From NCBI GenBank assembly GCA_963712745.1, contig CAVQJC010000011.1, positions 64,001 through 128,000 of the forward strand: a stretch of 64,000 bases of DNA, given 5' to 3'. Shown here in pieces: positions 60,864 through 64,000 of the stretch. Position 1 is the first letter of the stretch, and the number at the start of each line of letters is the position of its first letter. A program made the position numbers and the translations under genes. Source of the DNA: an uncultured Chloroflexia bacterium (GTDB lineage Bacteria > Chloroflexota > Limnocylindria > Limnocylindrales > CSP1-4). Under the pieces are notes generated by a model. It saw only the letters and a program-made list of their open reading frames with translations, made no database searches and was not told the DNA's origin.

Positions 60864-62419
60864 CCGTCAGGCCGCTGCTCGCCGCCATCGCTGTCTCCGT
60901 CGCCCTGATCGCGTCGCTCGCTCTGGCCGCCCTGGCCCAGGACATCGAACGCCGTCCCGTCGAGGACCAGCTGTTCGGGGTGAGCTCCGTCATACCTGCC
61001 GACTGGCAGGATCTGGGCGGTGGCATCTACTCGCGCAGCACCCAGCCTGAGGATCTCGCGGTCATCGCTATCCAGTCCGCGCCGGCATCCGTCGATCAGC
61101 TCTGGCCCTCGCTGCTACCGCGGTTCGCGCTCGCCGAACCCCCCGCGCCCACCTTCGAGTACGTCACCGACCTGTTCGACTGGACGATCTACGAGTTCAG
61201 CGTCGAGCTCGGCGACCTGACCATCGCCTTCGGACTGGCGCTGGCCGAGGACGACGGAGCCACGCACCTGGTGTTGCTGCAATCAGGCCCAGACGACTAC
61301 GACGTTCTCCGCGACCAGGTGCTGAAGCCGGCCATCGACGCCTTTGCGCCGCTGGCGCCGGAGCCCACGCCCCACCCTTCCACCTTCGACTATCAGATCG
61401 AGGAGGTCACCTTCCCCGGCGGTGCGGCGGACGTGGAGCTGGCCGGCACGCTGACGCTGCCCAACGGTCCCGGTCCCCATCCGGTGGTCATCACCATGAG
61501 CGGCAGCGGACCCTCTGATCGCGACGAGTCGCTCAAGCCCATCACCGGACTCAAGCCGTTCGCGATCCTGGCCGATGCCCTGACCTCGGCCGGCGTGGGT
61601 GTGCTGCGCTACGACGACCGTGGCGTGGGCTCATCGACCGGCGACCACGCGGCCGGGACGATCAGGGACTTCGCCTCTGACGCAGCGGCTGCGATCGGCT
61701 ATCTCGAGACGCGCGACGACGTCGACCACGAGCGTATCGGCCTCTTCGGTCACAGCGAGGGCGGCCTCTACGCGGCCCTGCTGGGGGCCAGTGATCCGCG
61801 CGTCGCCTACATCGGCATGATGGCCCCGGCCGTCGTCGATGGGGTCTCGCTCATCGTCGCCCAGAACGGCGCCCTCATCCGTGCCGCCAGCGGATCCGAC
61901 GAGACAGCCGCTGCCTTCGAGGCATTCGCGGCAGAGGTCATGCCCATCGCCCGTGACGGTGACAGCGAGACGGTCAAGGCCATGACCGAGGAGTTCTACG
62001 GCACGATCTGGGACAGCCTCAGCGAGGACGAGCGCATCGTGGCCGGCGACCGCGACAGCTACGCCACACGTACGGCGGCGCGCGAGGTCGAGATCTACAC
62101 CTCCGACTGGTTCCGTTCGTTCCTCGAGTACGACCCTACCGTCGACTGGGAGCAGGTCACCGTGCCGGTGCTGGGGCTCTTCGGCGGCAAGGACGCCCAG
62201 GTGCTGGCAGAGCAGAACGCGACGGCCCTGCGGAAGTCGCTCGAGGCCGCCGGCAACGACGACTTCGAGATCATCACCTTCCCCGAGGCCAACCATCTCT
62301 TCCAGGCGGCGGACACCGGCGCCTTCGCCGAGTACGCCACGCTCGAGCCGGAGTTCGTCGAGGGCTTCGTCGACACCGTCGTCGACTGGATGGTGGTCCA
62401 CGCGGGCGTAGCCGAGTGA
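60860..62419 (+). CDS. Secreted alpha/beta hydrolase with extra N-terminal domain
   Basis: Signal peptide, LAGTLTLP, GSGP.DRD, RYDDRG.G, GHSEGG, KD.QV, NHLFQ. Confidence 0.88.
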   Translation: MTVRPLLAAIAVSVALIASLALAALAQDIERRPVEDQLFGVSSVIPADWQDLGGGIYSRSTQPEDLAVIAIQSAPASVDQLWPSLLPRFALAEPPAPTFEYVTDLFDWTIYEFSVELGDLTIAFGLALAEDDGATHLVLLQSGPDDYDVLRDQVLKPAIDAFAPLAPEPTPHPSTFDYQIEEVTFPGGAADVELAGTLTLPNGPGPHPVVITMSGSGPSDRDESLKPITGLKPFAILADALTSAGVGVLRYDDRGVGSSTGDHAAGTIRDFASDAAAAIGYLETRDDVDHERIGLFGHSEGGLYAALLGASDPRVAYIGMMAPAVVDGVSLIVAQNGALIRAASGSDETAAAFEAFAAEVMPIARDGDSETVKAMTEEFYGTIWDSLSEDERIVAGDRDSYATRTAAREVEIYTSDWFRSFLEYDPTVDWEQVTVPVLGLFGGKDAQVLAEQNATALRKSLEAAGNDDFEIITFPEANHLFQAADTGAFAEYATLEPEFVEGFVDTVVDWMVVHAGVAE

Positions 62420-63996
62420 CGGCCCGGGAACCGGAGGGACGGTCCGCGAACGGGCGGACAGGGGAGGGCTGGCACCCCGAGCCCGAGTTGCTCGACGTGC
62501 GCGACGAGGCGACCTCGCGGCCGGCGCTGGAGCGGCTGGGGGAGGGGACCTGGTCGGCTGCGCTCGACTACGTCTATGACCACGGCATGGAGCGTGCCAT
62601 CGGTGAGCCGGCCGACTACGCCGAGCTGCGCACGGTGTTCTTCGGACCCTCCGGCGGGCCCGCCCCGGCGCCGACCGAGCCGACCACGGCGGAGGCGCTC
62701 ATCGCGGAGTTCCGCCAACGCCTGGCACCGCACCAGGCCAACGCCTGGCATCCGCGTGCCTACGCCTACTTCACGCCTATCCCGCTGTGGTCATCGATCA
62801 TGGGCGAGGTCTTCAGCCAGGTCGTCCACCAGGGCGTCGATGTCTGGCACTGCAGCCCCTCGGCCACGCTGGTGGAGGAGGAGGTGGTGCGCTGGCTGTG
62901 TGACCTGGTGGGCTACGACGAGGCCGCCTTCGGCCTGTTCACCTCCGGCGGCGTGATGGCCAACATCATGGCCCTGAACGTGGCCCGTGACACCCGCCTG
63001 CGGCAGCTGAGTTCGCTCGACCATCCTCCGCGCGGCTCCGAGCTGGAGGGCGTGCGCGTCTACGTCAGCGACCAGGCGCACTTCTCTATCAGGCGCAGCC
63101 TCGACACGCTGGGCTTCCCCGCCAAGACGCTGGTCACGCTGCCCTCGGACGATGACCTGTGCCTGCGGGCGGCCCCCGTGGCCGAGGCCGTGGGCCGCGA
63201 CCGTGCGGCCGGGCTGACCCCGCTCGCCATCGCCGCCACGGCCGGTACCACCAACACCGGGGCCATCGACGCGCTGCCGGACCTGGCCGACCTGGCCGAG
63301 CGCGAGGGGCTCTGGCTCCACGTGGACGCGGCCTACGGCGGCGCCGCCAGGCTTTCGGCACGGCTGGCGCCGCTGATGGCCGGTCTCGAGCGAGCCGACT
63401 CCATCACCATCGATCCCCAGAAGTGGTTCTTCCAGGCCTACGACATCGGGGGCCTCCTGCTGCGGGACGGTTCGCTGCTGGAGACCACGTTCTCGTACCG
63501 GCCCGAGTACTACCGTGGATCGGGCGACCCGTCGCGCGCTCCCGATGCCCATTCCGACGAGCTCGACTTCTACCGTCGGAGCATCGAGGGCACGCGCCGC
63601 CAGCGAGCGCTGAAGCTGTGGCTGTCGTGGAAGCACCTGGGCACACCGGGGCTGGGGCGGCTGGTGGAGAAGACGGTCGACCTCGCAGACGCGCTCAAGG
63701 TCCGCCTGCGCGCGGCCGACGACTTCGAGCTGGCACCCGAGTCGAACCTCTCGGTCGTCTGCTTTCGACACCTGCCCGCCGGAGCGGTCGACGCCGGAGA
63801 GGCCGACGTAGCAGCGGCCGACGTCCACCAAGACGCGCTGCAGGCGGCACTCCAGCACAGCGGCCGCGGCTTCCTCACCACCACCCGGCTGCGCGGCCGG
63901 ACCTGGCTCCGCGCCGGCATCCTCAACCACACCGCCACCGAGGCCGACCTCGACATCCTGCTCGACGACATCCGCGACCTCGCCGCGGGACTCTAG
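62416..63996 (+). CDS. PLP-dependent group II amino-acid decarboxylase family protein
   Basis: HP.., TSGG..AN, SDQAH.S, AGTTNTGAID, WLHVDAAYGG, DPQKW, ALKLW. Confidence 0.9.
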   Translation: MTAREPEGRSANGRTGEGWHPEPELLDVRDEATSRPALERLGEGTWSAALDYVYDHGMERAIGEPADYAELRTVFFGPSGGPAPAPTEPTTAEALIAEFRQRLAPHQANAWHPRAYAYFTPIPLWSSIMGEVFSQVVHQGVDVWHCSPSATLVEEEVVRWLCDLVGYDEAAFGLFTSGGVMANIMALNVARDTRLRQLSSLDHPPRGSELEGVRVYVSDQAHFSIRRSLDTLGFPAKTLVTLPSDDDLCLRAAPVAEAVGRDRAAGLTPLAIAATAGTTNTGAIDALPDLADLAEREGLWLHVDAAYGGAARLSARLAPLMAGLERADSITIDPQKWFFQAYDIGGLLLRDGSLLETTFSYRPEYYRGSGDPSRAPDAHSDELDFYRRSIEGTRRQRALKLWLSWKHLGTPGLGRLVEKTVDLADALKVRLRAADDFELAPESNLSVVCFRHLPAGAVDAGEADVAAADVHQDALQAALQHSGRGFLTTTRLRGRTWLRAGILNHTATEADLDILLDDIRDLAAGL

Positions 63997-64000
63997 GCCT

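Overview
High-GC (about 70% by eye), gene-dense bacterial window with about 65 CDS. The F420 genes, EPTP-rich lipoproteins and many apparently leaderless genes suggest Chloroflexota or Actinomycetota (inference only). The standout is a bacterial microcompartment (BMC) operon on the minus strand (6485-~12907). It encodes 3 pentamers, 1 hexamer and 2 tandem-domain shell proteins, plus an acylating aldehyde dehydrogenase, DeoC and RpiB, each with an N-terminal encapsulation-peptide-like helix. A SorC/DeoR-type regulator with a visible promoter and operator heads the operon, and a divergent SDR + enolase-family dehydratase pair lies next to it. This matches the bioinformatically defined sugar-phosphate-utilisation (SPU)/Haliangium-like class. 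Its DeoC carries an extra CxxCxxxCxxxC module, and the locus has no PduL, AckA or alcohol dehydrogenase. Other content: a fused ETF beta-alpha + ETF-QO pair, the cofD-cofC-cofE F420 cluster, an IS481 element, an ECF sigma coupled to an Ogt-AdaZn fusion, a second ECF locus with a PQQ/GSDH-type gene, aceE, hppA, trxB, crcB and msrB. Several genes are truncated, internally deleted or frameshifted, and several intergenic repeats or palindromes are present. No rRNA, tRNA or CRISPR array was recognised. All product calls come from motif recognition, not database searches.
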